Shown: positions 56,551 to 64,000 of the stretch, piece by piece
Numbering within the stretch: position 1 is the first letter of the stretch
How the letters are laid out: every line of letters starts with the position of its first letter
Source of the DNA: Candidatus Spongiisociaceae bacterium
GTDB taxonomy: Bacteria > Actinomycetota > Acidimicrobiia > Spongiisociales > Spongiisociaceae
Assembly (NCBI GenBank): GCA_965262915.1
Contig: OZ253564.1
Coordinates: 2,144,001 to 2,208,000 of the forward strand
Length of the DNA: 64,000 nt
Reading direction: 5' to 3'
Made by a program: the position numbers and the translations under genes
Notes under the pieces: generated by a model
What the model was told of the DNA's origin: nothing
Database searches by the model: none
The model's input: only the letters and a program-made list of their open reading frames with translations

Positions 56551-56804
56551 AATTCAGAATCTAGTGGTCTGTCTGTGAAACGGCGGCGTGGTATGCGCCG
56601 GTAGCGAGGGGCGCCGATGGCAAGTTGTTTCGCAGGCAGACCACTCGGTGGTGATGTCGGACGATGGAGACTCAAAGGCCTTCCGTTCGGGCAGGCGGAA
56701 CCCGCTCGGTCTCGGGATAGAGGTTCCGGCCGGGGCTGCGGTTACTCTCGAATCGGAACCTTCGTAAAGAAGGCGCCGCGGTAGCGCGATACGAGGAGGT
56801 GGAC

Positions 56805-57305
56805 GTGCCCGAGCCCGTACTCATCAACAGGGTCACATGGATGATTCCCAACGCCCTGGCCCTTGTGGGGTCCCGGTCGGGTGACGAGTGGAACGGTATG
56901 ACCACCTCCTGGATCACCCAGCTGTCCATGGAGCCGGTCATCATCGGGATCGGGGTCGACAACAAGGCGGTCACCCACCGCCTGATAAGCCGGGGCGGCG
57001 CATTCAGTGTCAATCTCTGGTCGCCCGAAGACACCAGGGTGTTCGTCAAGTTCTCCAAGCCGGCGGTCAAGGCAGGGATGACGCTGAACCGCCGACCCAT
57101 CCGCGAGGGGATCACGGGGGTACCGATATTCGAGGAGGCGATCGCATGGATGGAGTGCGAGGTCCGCAGGTCCATGGACTTCGGCACCCACACCCTTTTC
57201 GCCGGTGAACTGGTGGCAGCCGGTATCGTCGACGATTCCGGCCGGGCCGCCTGGATAGGGGATACCCGCATGAAGTACGGGGGCGTACGCCGGGGCGGTC
57301 ATTGA
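56805..57305 (+). CDS. Flavin reductase-like protein
   Basis: NGMT.SW.TQ.S.EP, F.VN, TG.PI...A.AW.EC.V, G.HTLF.GE; GAGGAGG RBS. Confidence 0.88.
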   Translation: MPEPVLINRVTWMIPNALALVGSRSGDEWNGMTTSWITQLSMEPVIIGIGVDNKAVTHRLISRGGAFSVNLWSPEDTRVFVKFSKPAVKAGMTLNRRPIREGITGVPIFEEAIAWMECEVRRSMDFGTHTLFAGELVAAGIVDDSGRAAWIGDTRMKYGGVRRGGH

Positions 57306-57458
57306 TCAGCCCGGGCGATATCCGGTTGATCCGACTGGGAGGGTGGTGCAAAACCCCTTCACGGCCCGTCGACCGATGACATAATGCCTGTTCAGAGGAA
57401 GACGGGCCGTTGCTCCCCAACGTTTTGGACCACCCTCCTGGAGGGCTGAAGGAGATCG

Positions 57459-58217
57459 ATGGAGGCACGTATGGACGGCAAGGTCGCGGTGGTAACGGGT
57501 GCCTCCCGCGGGATCGGTGAGGCGATAGCGGCCGGGTTCCTGGCCGAGGGTGCTCGCGGGGTGGTGATCACCAGCCGTCGGAAGGAGAACATAGAAGCGG
57601 CGGCGGACCGTCTCGCCGATCCGGGCCGGGTGGTTCCGGTGGTCGCCAAGTCGGATACCACCGACGGGGCGGCGGCCGCCATCGATGCCGCCGTCGACCG
57701 GTTCGGGGCCTGCGATGTGCTGGTCAACAACGCCGGCACCAACCCGGCCTACGGGCCGCTGATGGATGTCGATCTCGGAGCGGTGAACCGGACCTGGGAG
57801 GTGAACCTCCTCGGTCCCCTGGTGTACACGAGGGTCGCCTGGGACCGGTGGATGAAGGATCGTGGGGGTGTGGTCTGTAACAACGCGTCGGTGGGCGGCC
57901 GCCTCCCGGGCCACGGTATGGGTGCCTACAACATCTCCAAGGCCGGCCTGATCTACATGACCCGGCACCTGGCCCTCGAGCTGGCTCCGGGGGTGCGGGT
58001 GGTGGGGGTGGCCCCCGGGGTGGTCAGGACCCGATTGTCACGGCTTCTCTGGGAGAACGAGGATGCGGCAGCCTCGCTGCACCCGCTGGGAAGGATCGGT
58101 GAGCCGGTCGACGTGGCCGGGGCGGTTGCGTTCCTCTGCTCGGACAGGGCGTCCTGGATCACCGGCGTCACGTTGGATGTGGACGGCGGCATCGCCAACG
58201 CTTCGGGATACGTGTAG
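57459..58217 (+). CDS. SDR family oxidoreductase
   Basis: TGASRGIG, NNAG, YNISK, PLGRIG.P. Confidence 0.93.
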   Translation: MEARMDGKVAVVTGASRGIGEAIAAGFLAEGARGVVITSRRKENIEAAADRLADPGRVVPVVAKSDTTDGAAAAIDAAVDRFGACDVLVNNAGTNPAYGPLMDVDLGAVNRTWEVNLLGPLVYTRVAWDRWMKDRGGVVCNNASVGGRLPGHGMGAYNISKAGLIYMTRHLALELAPGVRVVGVAPGVVRTRLSRLLWENEDAAASLHPLGRIGEPVDVAGAVAFLCSDRASWITGVTLDVDGGIANASGYV

Positions 58218-58223
58218 GGGTTC

Positions 58224-58258
58224 GGTTGCCGGTTGCCGGTTGCCGGTTGCCGGTTGCC
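58224..58258. repeat. Perfect heptamer tandem repeat (GGTTGCC)x5
   Basis: Read directly from sequence. Confidence 0.95.
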
Positions 58259-58358
58259 CGAGTATGAGATAGTCGTGCCTTCCCCTATGTTGTATTAGTA
58301 GACGCTAATACCGACTACGCGTCAAGGGACCACGAATCCACGAGCCACGGACCACGGC

Positions 58359-59132
58359 CTAGCCCTGGCACGATGGGCACCAGAACGTTGTGCGGCCGGC
58401 GGTTGTGGATTTCCTTATGCCGATTCCGCAGCGGCGGCACGGCCGGTTCGCTCGTTCGTACACGTACAGGTTCATGCTGGCGCGGCGGGCGCCGGTCGTG
58501 GTGCGGCGGCGGCCCGCGTTGAGCCGCAGGTGCCGGGCGCATCTCCGCAGCATCCGATCAACCAGTGCGTCGTCCACCTCCCCGATCGGCGTCGCGGGGT
58601 GGATCCCCATCTCGAACAGCACCTCGTTGCGGTAGACGTTGCCGATCCCCGAAACCACCGACTGATCGAGTAGGACCTCGGTGACCGTGGTTCGTGGATC
58701 CCGGCGCCGGGACCGGACCAGCACTTCTTCGAGGTCGGGTACCGGCACGCTCAGGTCCGGTCCGAGACTTGCTACGGAAGCCCGCACCTTGGGGGAACGA
58801 TCGAGTTCCACCGTGGGGGCGTTGTAACACCGGATCGCCCAACCGGCGGTTTCCAAAGCCACGCGGGCGGCGCCGTCGCCCCGTCGCCCGGTGGGCGGTC
58901 CGAACCACCAACGGCCGGTCATGCCAAGGTGTACCCGGAGGGTCCAGCCGCCCTCGAAGTCGATGAGCAGGGGCTTGCCGACCGCCCCGACCTTTCGTAC
59001 CCGGGCGTCCCGGAGCCGGTGCGCGTGCCGCCGTACACAGCGGGCACTGCCCCCCAGACGCACGAGGGGACGCCCGCCGATCCGTTCCCGGATGCGGTCG
59101 GCGACGCCATGGACGGTGTCGCCCTCTGGCAT
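58359..59132 (-). CDS. nei: Fpg/Nei DNA glycosylase (endonuclease VIII)
   Basis: MPEGD, HLGMTG, LGPD, LLDQ..VSGIGNVY.NE, C..C / TFWC..CQ zinc finger. Confidence 0.93.
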   Translation of the reverse strand: MPEGDTVHGVADRIRERIGGRPLVRLGGSARCVRRHAHRLRDARVRKVGAVGKPLLIDFEGGWTLRVHLGMTGRWWFGPPTGRRGDGAARVALETAGWAIRCYNAPTVELDRSPKVRASVASLGPDLSVPVPDLEEVLVRSRRRDPRTTVTEVLLDQSVVSGIGNVYRNEVLFEMGIHPATPIGEVDDALVDRMLRRCARHLRLNAGRRRTTTGARRASMNLYVYERANRPCRRCGIGIRKSTTAGRTTFWCPSCQG

Positions 59133-59140
59133 ACAGACCA

Positions 59141-62100
59141 CTAACGGCCCCGGTAGGCCAGACCGTGCAGGCTGACCGCGAAACCACTCTCGAGTAGCGC
59201 CGGACCCAGCGGATGGTCGCCGGCCGGCTCGCCGTCGATGGTCTCGATGATCAGGCGGCGGTGCCGCAGCCCTATCTCGGTCAGGGCTTCGGCGGCAGCC
59301 GCGTGCAGATCCGGCTCCCGGGTTAGCAGGACAGCCTTCTTACCGCCCCGCTCGAGGAACACGAGCGGGCTTCCGTCGTGGAGGATCACGTAGGCGCCTG
59401 CCGAGCGGGAGGCCCGGCCTTCGGCTTGCTCCGGCCACGGGACCAGCGTCCCGTACGGGTTGGCCGGGTCTGCGGCTGCCAGTACCAGCACCTCGTCGCC
59501 TTGCTCGGCAGCCCGTAGCCGGTCCAGAGCCCCGGGAAGGGCGAACTGGAGCCCTCCCAGACCCTCAACGAAGTAGCCGCGGCGGATGCTCCCCGTCTCC
59601 TCCAGGTGGTTGAGCACCGGGTACAGGGTGGTGAGCCCGCCCGGGATGTTCTCCGCCAGAGCCCCGGCCCGGGTCAGGACTCCCTGGCGCTCCAGTAGCA
59701 ACTCGGTCCACGCCGCCGCCCATACCGAGTCCGCGGCAGGGATCGGGCACAGATCGGTCACCATCGACCAGCGGCCCGAGGAGGAAGGGGGCATCGTGGA
59801 TGGCAGGTGGGGACGGGCCCGGACCGGGCGTCGGCGCACCTTTCCCAATTGCAGGGCGCGGAGGGGAGCGAGGGTGTCGTTGGTGATCTCTCCCGACCAC
59901 ACCAGGTCCCATAGGGCGTCCAGGGTGTCCTCGAGGCGTGTTCCTCCCGATGCGGTGTGGATGTCGCGGAAGAACGAAGCGCCCCGTGCCGAGAGATGGG
60001 CGCGGATCGCCTCGTGGAGTTCCGACTCGGGAGGATCCTGTTCGGTGGGCCGATGCAGGATGGGCAACCGGTCGCGCAGGTACAGCGCGATCCGGCCGTC
60101 ACGCGGTCCGATGGACCCGCGGCCGACCCAGACCACCTCGCCGGACGCCATGAGTTGGTCCAGCATCCCGGGGGTGTAGTCGAGGCGGGCGGTGAGAACA
60201 TCCCGTTCGAGGATGGAGGCGGGGATCGGAACGCCTTGGAGGGTGCGGATCGTCTCCACCAGCGCCGCTATGTGGCAGCGCCCGGTGCGACCCACCCCCT
60301 GCCAGGCGGGAAGGAACCGTCCCAGCGCGGTCTGCTCCACTGCTTCGATCTCACGGCGCAGCACCGCCAGGCTGCGCCGCTTGAGGCGCCGCAGGACGCG
60401 GTTGTCCACCCACTCCTGACCGGCGCCACCCGGTCGGAACGCCCCTCGGGTAACTCGTCCCGCCCGCTCGAGCGTTCCGAGCGTGTTCTGTACGACCGCC
60501 AGGGGTAGGCCGAGCGCAAGTCCCGCCTCTTCGGCCGTGAAGGGTCCATGGGTACGTGCATAGCGGCCCACCACCTCACCCAGGGAATCGGGTCCGCCCT
60601 CCAGGAAGGCATGGGGGGTTCCGGGAGGCGGCTGCACTCCCACAGCGTCGCGTAGCCGACCGGCGTCTTCGATGGCCGCCCAGGCCGGCACCCCGGCCAC
60701 ATGTACCTGGATCGCCCGCCGGGCCGACTCCAGCTCGCTGAGGATCTCTGCTGCATCACCGGCGACAAGACGGGCGGCCACCCCCTCCCCGGTGAGCGGT
60801 CCGAGGGCGCGCAGGAGGTCAGCCACACCGTCCCTCCCCCTGACCTTGCGGTCCTCCGCCAGGCGCTGCAGCTCCAGTTCCACCGACGCGACCACGTCTT
60901 CGTTGAGGAGTTCACGCAGTTCGCCCTCACCGAGCAGTTCCCGCAACAGGTCACGGTCCAGGGTCAGGGCCGCCGCCCGCCGCTCGGCAGGTGCGGTGTC
61001 CCCTTCGTAGAGATAGGAGGCGACGAACTCGAACAGGAGCGACGATGCGAAGGGGCTCGCACCCGCGGTGTCGACTTCGACCACCCGGACCTTCCGGGAT
61101 CTGATTTCGCCGAGGATTGCCTTCGACGCGGGGAGGTCGAAAACGTCCTGGAGGATCTCCCGGTACGTCTCCAGGATGATCGGGAACGAGCCGAAGCGCG
61201 TGACTATCGCCATCAGGTCGGAAGCCCGCCGTCGCTGGAGCCACAGAGGCGTGCGCCCGCCGGGGCGGCGGCGGGGGAGGAGGAGGGCCCGGGCGGCGGC
61301 CTCCCGGAACCGGGCGGCGAATATCGCCGTGCCCGAGAGTTCGTCGATCAATATCGACTCGAGTTCGTCGGGGTCGATGAGCAGATCATCGAGGGTGGGC
61401 AGGTCGTCGGTGTCGACGAACCGGAAGGAGATCCCGTCGTCGCTCCAGATGACATCGAGATTGCGCCCGTAGCGGTGGCGGAGGCGCTGGTTGATGGCCA
61501 TCGCCCACGGGGCATGGACCCGTGCCCCGAAGGGGGAGAGGACGGCGATCCGCCAGTCGCCGATCTCGTCGCGGAAGCGTTCGACGACGATCGTCCTGTC
61601 GGTGGGAAGCACGCCGGTTGCATCCTTCTGGTCGGAGAGGAAGGCGACCAGGTTGGAGGCTGCCCACGCGTCGAGATGGTGCTGGTCGCGGAGCGTGGCT
61701 ACGGCTGGTCCGGGCTCCAGCGCACCGAAACGGCGGATGAACCGGCCGATGGCCCTTCCGGTGTCCAGTGGACGGCCCTCACGGTCGCCCCGCCAGAACG
61801 GCATCCGGGCAGCCGGCTCGGCCGGGGCCGGGATCACCTCCACCCGGTCGGCGGTGATATCGCTGATCCGCCAGGTGGAGGTGCCGAGGATGAACACGTC
61901 GCCCGGGCGAGACTCGTAGACCATCTCCTCGTCGAGCTCCCCGACCCGGCTCCCGTCGGGGAGGTTGACGGTGTAGAGACCCCGGTCCGGGATGGTTCCG
62001 GGGTTGGTCACCGCCAGGCGTTGGGCGCCCGAACGGGGGGTGAGGGTGTGGGTCACCCGGTCCCACACCAGGCGGGGCCGCAACTCTCCGAACAGCTCCG

Positions 62101-63532
62101 AGGGGTAGCGCCCCGCCAGCATGTCGAGCACCGACTCGTAGGGACCGCGGGCGAGGTCACGGTAGGGGCCCGCCCGCCGCACCGTCCCGTACAGTTCGTC
62201 CACGTCCCAGTCGTCCATCGCGACCGCCGCCACGATCTGCTGGGCCAGTACATCGAGCGGGCTCTGGGGAACGGTGGTCGGTTCCACCGCACGGGCGAGC
62301 ATCAGATCGGCCACCACGGTCGCCTCCAACAGGTCCCCGCGGAACTTGGGGAAGATCTTGGCGATGCTGGTGGCGCCCACCTGATGGCCGGCCCGGCCGA
62401 CCCGCTGGAGGCCCGACGCCACGCTAGTGGGTGACTCGATGTGGATCACCAGATCGACCGCACCCATGTCGATACCGAGTTCCAGCGTCGAAGTGGCCAC
62501 CACGGCCGGTAGATCCCCCCGCTTCAGGAGGTCCTCGATCAGCAGGCGCTGGTGGCGAGACACCGAACCGTGGTGGGCGCGGGCTATCTCCTGGTCGGCC
62601 AGGTTGTTGAGCTCGGTACACAGCCTCTCGGCCAGCCTCCGGGAGTTGGCGAAGACGATGGTGGATCGGTGGGCCCGGATCAGGTCGAGCAACCTGGGGT
62701 AGACGGAGGGCCAGATGGACCGGTAGCCCGTATCCGCGGGATCGGAGTTGAGCGGATCGGGGGGCGCCGGAGCAGCCATGTCCTCGACCGGGACGACGAG
62801 TTCCACCTCCAGTCCCCGATCGCTCGGAACGTCGACGACGGTCACCGGCCGGGGCGTCCAGGTATCGCCCTCAACCGTGCCGCCGGCCATGAACTCGGCG
62901 ATGACCGGCAAGGGCCGTTGGGTGGCAGAGAGGCCGATCCGCTGGGGAACGACAGCGGTGATCTCCTCGAGCCTCTCGAGCGACAGAGCCAGATGGGAGC
63001 CCCGCTTGGTGCCCGCCACCGCGTGTACCTCGTCGAGGATCACCCATCGGATCGAGGCCAGTATCCGGCGGGCCTGGCTGGTGAGGATCAGGTACAGGGA
63101 CTCGGGGGTGGTGATGAGGATGTCCGGGGGATGCCGCTGCATGCGCCGCCGGTCGGCCGCCGGGGTGTCCCCGGTGCGGATGGCCGCCGCCACTTCGGCG
63201 AGTGGGGCCGTTCCGTAGCGGGCCGCGGCATGGACGATTCCAGTCAGCGGCGCCCTCAGGTTGCGCTCCACGTCGTGGGCCAGGGCCTTCATCGGGGATA
63301 TGTACAGCACCCGGCAGCGGCTTGCCCGAGCGGGGACGGGTTCGGTGAAAAGCCGATCGAGTGTGTAGAGGAAGGCGGCCAGGGTCTTCCCCGATCCGGT
63401 GGGGGCGTGGACGAGGGTGTGATCACCCGCGGCGATGGCCGGCCATCCTCTCGCCTGGGCCGGGGTGGGCGCGGGGAACGACTCCTCGAACCAGGTCGCT
63501 GTGGCAGGGGAGAACAGATCGCGCAACACCAT
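59141..63532 (-). CDS. lhr: Lhr ATP-dependent SF2 helicase (long form)
   Basis: PTGSGKT, ITTPESL, DEVH, GLSAT, HHGS, LELGID, QRVGRAGH, GTIPDRG, RGYFVEGLGG.QFA, AADPANPYG. Confidence 0.95.
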   Translation of the reverse strand: MVLRDLFSPATATWFEESFPAPTPAQARGWPAIAAGDHTLVHAPTGSGKTLAAFLYTLDRLFTEPVPARASRCRVLYISPMKALAHDVERNLRAPLTGIVHAAARYGTAPLAEVAAAIRTGDTPAADRRRMQRHPPDILITTPESLYLILTSQARRILASIRWVILDEVHAVAGTKRGSHLALSLERLEEITAVVPQRIGLSATQRPLPVIAEFMAGGTVEGDTWTPRPVTVVDVPSDRGLEVELVVPVEDMAAPAPPDPLNSDPADTGYRSIWPSVYPRLLDLIRAHRSTIVFANSRRLAERLCTELNNLADQEIARAHHGSVSRHQRLLIEDLLKRGDLPAVVATSTLELGIDMGAVDLVIHIESPTSVASGLQRVGRAGHQVGATSIAKIFPKFRGDLLEATVVADLMLARAVEPTTVPQSPLDVLAQQIVAAVAMDDWDVDELYGTVRRAGPYRDLARGPYESVLDMLAGRYPSELFGELRPRLVWDRVTHTLTPRSGAQRLAVTNPGTIPDRGLYTVNLPDGSRVGELDEEMVYESRPGDVFILGTSTWRISDITADRVEVIPAPAEPAARMPFWRGDREGRPLDTGRAIGRFIRRFGALEPGPAVATLRDQHHLDAWAASNLVAFLSDQKDATGVLPTDRTIVVERFRDEIGDWRIAVLSPFGARVHAPWAMAINQRLRHRYGRNLDVIWSDDGISFRFVDTDDLPTLDDLLIDPDELESILIDELSGTAIFAARFREAAARALLLPRRRPGGRTPLWLQRRRASDLMAIVTRFGSFPIILETYREILQDVFDLPASKAILGEIRSRKVRVVEVDTAGASPFASSLLFEFVASYLYEGDTAPAERRAAALTLDRDLLRELLGEGELRELLNEDVVASVELELQRLAEDRKVRGRDGVADLLRALGPLTGEGVAARLVAGDAAEILSELESARRAIQVHVAGVPAWAAIEDAGRLRDAVGVQPPPGTPHAFLEGGPDSLGEVVGRYARTHGPFTAEEAGLALGLPLAVVQNTLGTLERAGRVTRGAFRPGGAGQEWVDNRVLRRLKRRSLAVLRREIEAVEQTALGRFLPAWQGVGRTGRCHIAALVETIRTLQGVPIPASILERDVLTARLDYTPGMLDQLMASGEVVWVGRGSIGPRDGRIALYLRDRLPILHRPTEQDPPESELHEAIRAHLSARGASFFRDIHTASGGTRLEDTLDALWDLVWSGEITNDTLAPLRALQLGKVRRRPVRARPHLPSTMPPSSSGRWSMVTDLCPIPAADSVWAAAWTELLLERQGVLTRAGALAENIPGGLTTLYPVLNHLEETGSIRRGYFVEGLGGLQFALPGALDRLRAAEQGDEVLVLAAADPANPYGTLVPWPEQAEGRASRSAGAYVILHDGSPLVFLERGGKKAVLLTREPDLHAAAAEALTEIGLRHRRLIIETIDGEPAGDHPLGPALLESGFAVSLHGLAYRGR

Positions 63533-63539
63533 GACCGAG

Positions 63540-63561
63540 AGGGTATCGCGGGCGTGTGACA
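63540..63561 (-). promoter_or_regulatory. PafBC/RecA-NDp-like promoter of lhr-nei (leaderless)
   Basis: TGTCAC-ACGCCCGCGA-TACCCT-N7-ATG (63532). Confidence 0.7.
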
Positions 63562-63588
63562 CGGTCGGTGGCCGGTAGCGGGTCACGG

Positions 63589-63670
63589 GCAACTGGCAAC
63601 TAACAACTGGCTACCAACGGTGCCAACCGCCAACCTCGGTATTCAACTCCGACCGACAACTACCGACTAG
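63589..63670. repeat. Degenerate heptamer repeats (GCAACYR-like)
   Basis: gcaactg gcaacta acaactg gctacca ... caaccgc caacctc ... ccgacaa cta ccgacta. Confidence 0.65.
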
Positions 63671-63868
63671 CCCCGATTCTTCAGGCTTGGAGGGTCACGT
63701 CCTTGAATCTGGTGGGGCTGGGACCTCTGACGAGGGGTTTGTGAGTGTTGACGAGCCCGGTGTCCCGTACAGCCGTTTCACTCCCAGGGTGAGCGGCGAC
63801 TGAGCGCACTTGTCGACTTCACCCGGCCGGTAGTGGAACATTGGGCCAGTGTGTCTGAAGAATCAGGG
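63671..63868. mobile_element. About 200-bp MITE or internally deleted IS with IS1380-like ends
   Basis: TIR CCCCGATTCTTCAG (63671-63684) vs CTGAAGAATCAGGG (63855-63868), 13/14 match; extra partial right end GAAGAATCAGGG at 63945-63956. Confidence 0.55.
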
Positions 63869-63960
63869 CTCGTATCAGGCTTGACTACTGACCGCCGACC
63901 ACTGGCCACTGACCCCGGGCCAACCCCCAAACCGGCTAGCCCGCGAAGAATCAGGGCTAA

Positions 63961-63996
63961 CAACCGCCAACCGCCAACCGGCAACCGCCAACCGGC
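63961..63996. repeat. Heptamer tandem repeat (CAACCGC/CAACCGG)
   Basis: caaccgc caaccgc caaccgg caaccgc caaccgg. Confidence 0.85.
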
Positions 63997-64000
63997 ACCT

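Noticed and set aside
1-64000. tRNA, rRNA, prophage, integrase or reverse-transcriptase-based systems
   Set aside because: No such signatures were seen by eye.

Overview
GC-rich actinobacterial chromosome segment. The SLH+WSPDG surface protein, DUF222-HNH gene, lhr-nei operon and PafBC/LexA-type promoters suggest Acidimicrobiia (inference only). Core genes: 3' part of dnaE, an aroQ-hydrolase fusion, lhr and nei. Catabolic loci: a Dpp-type ABC importer with CocE/NonD hydrolase, MDR dehydrogenase and hydantoinase A/B; two glutamine-synthetase-like plus class III aminotransferase clusters resembling gamma-glutamylation amine catabolism; amidohydrolase, PhyH, SDRs and a PHP. There are many toxin-antitoxin modules, intact (Phd-VapC, Xre-RES, Fic) and decayed (HigA orphan, BrnA-like, MazEF), and an inactivated ATP-grasp/alpha-E/transglutaminase operon. 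Highlight 1: a three-level nested insertion. An HATPase gene is split by an ISL3 element (8-bp TSD), and one ISL3 terminal inverted repeat is itself split by an IS110 element. The IS110 non-coding end reads as a bridge RNA: its target-loop guides match the reconstructed ISL3 end 14/14 nt, its donor-loop guides match its own ends, and circularisation would assemble a TTGACA-18-CATACT promoter. The recombinase has an extra C-terminal HTH. Highlight 2: a TGTCAC-N10-(T/C)Annn(T/C) promoter motif occurs four times with identical spacing. It sits before lhr, the DUF222-HNH gene, an unknown small gene and an ORF-poor intergenic region (possible DNA-damage sRNA). Also present: two MITE-like elements and several period-7 intergenic repeat arrays. 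All protein calls come from motifs read by eye; no database searches were run.
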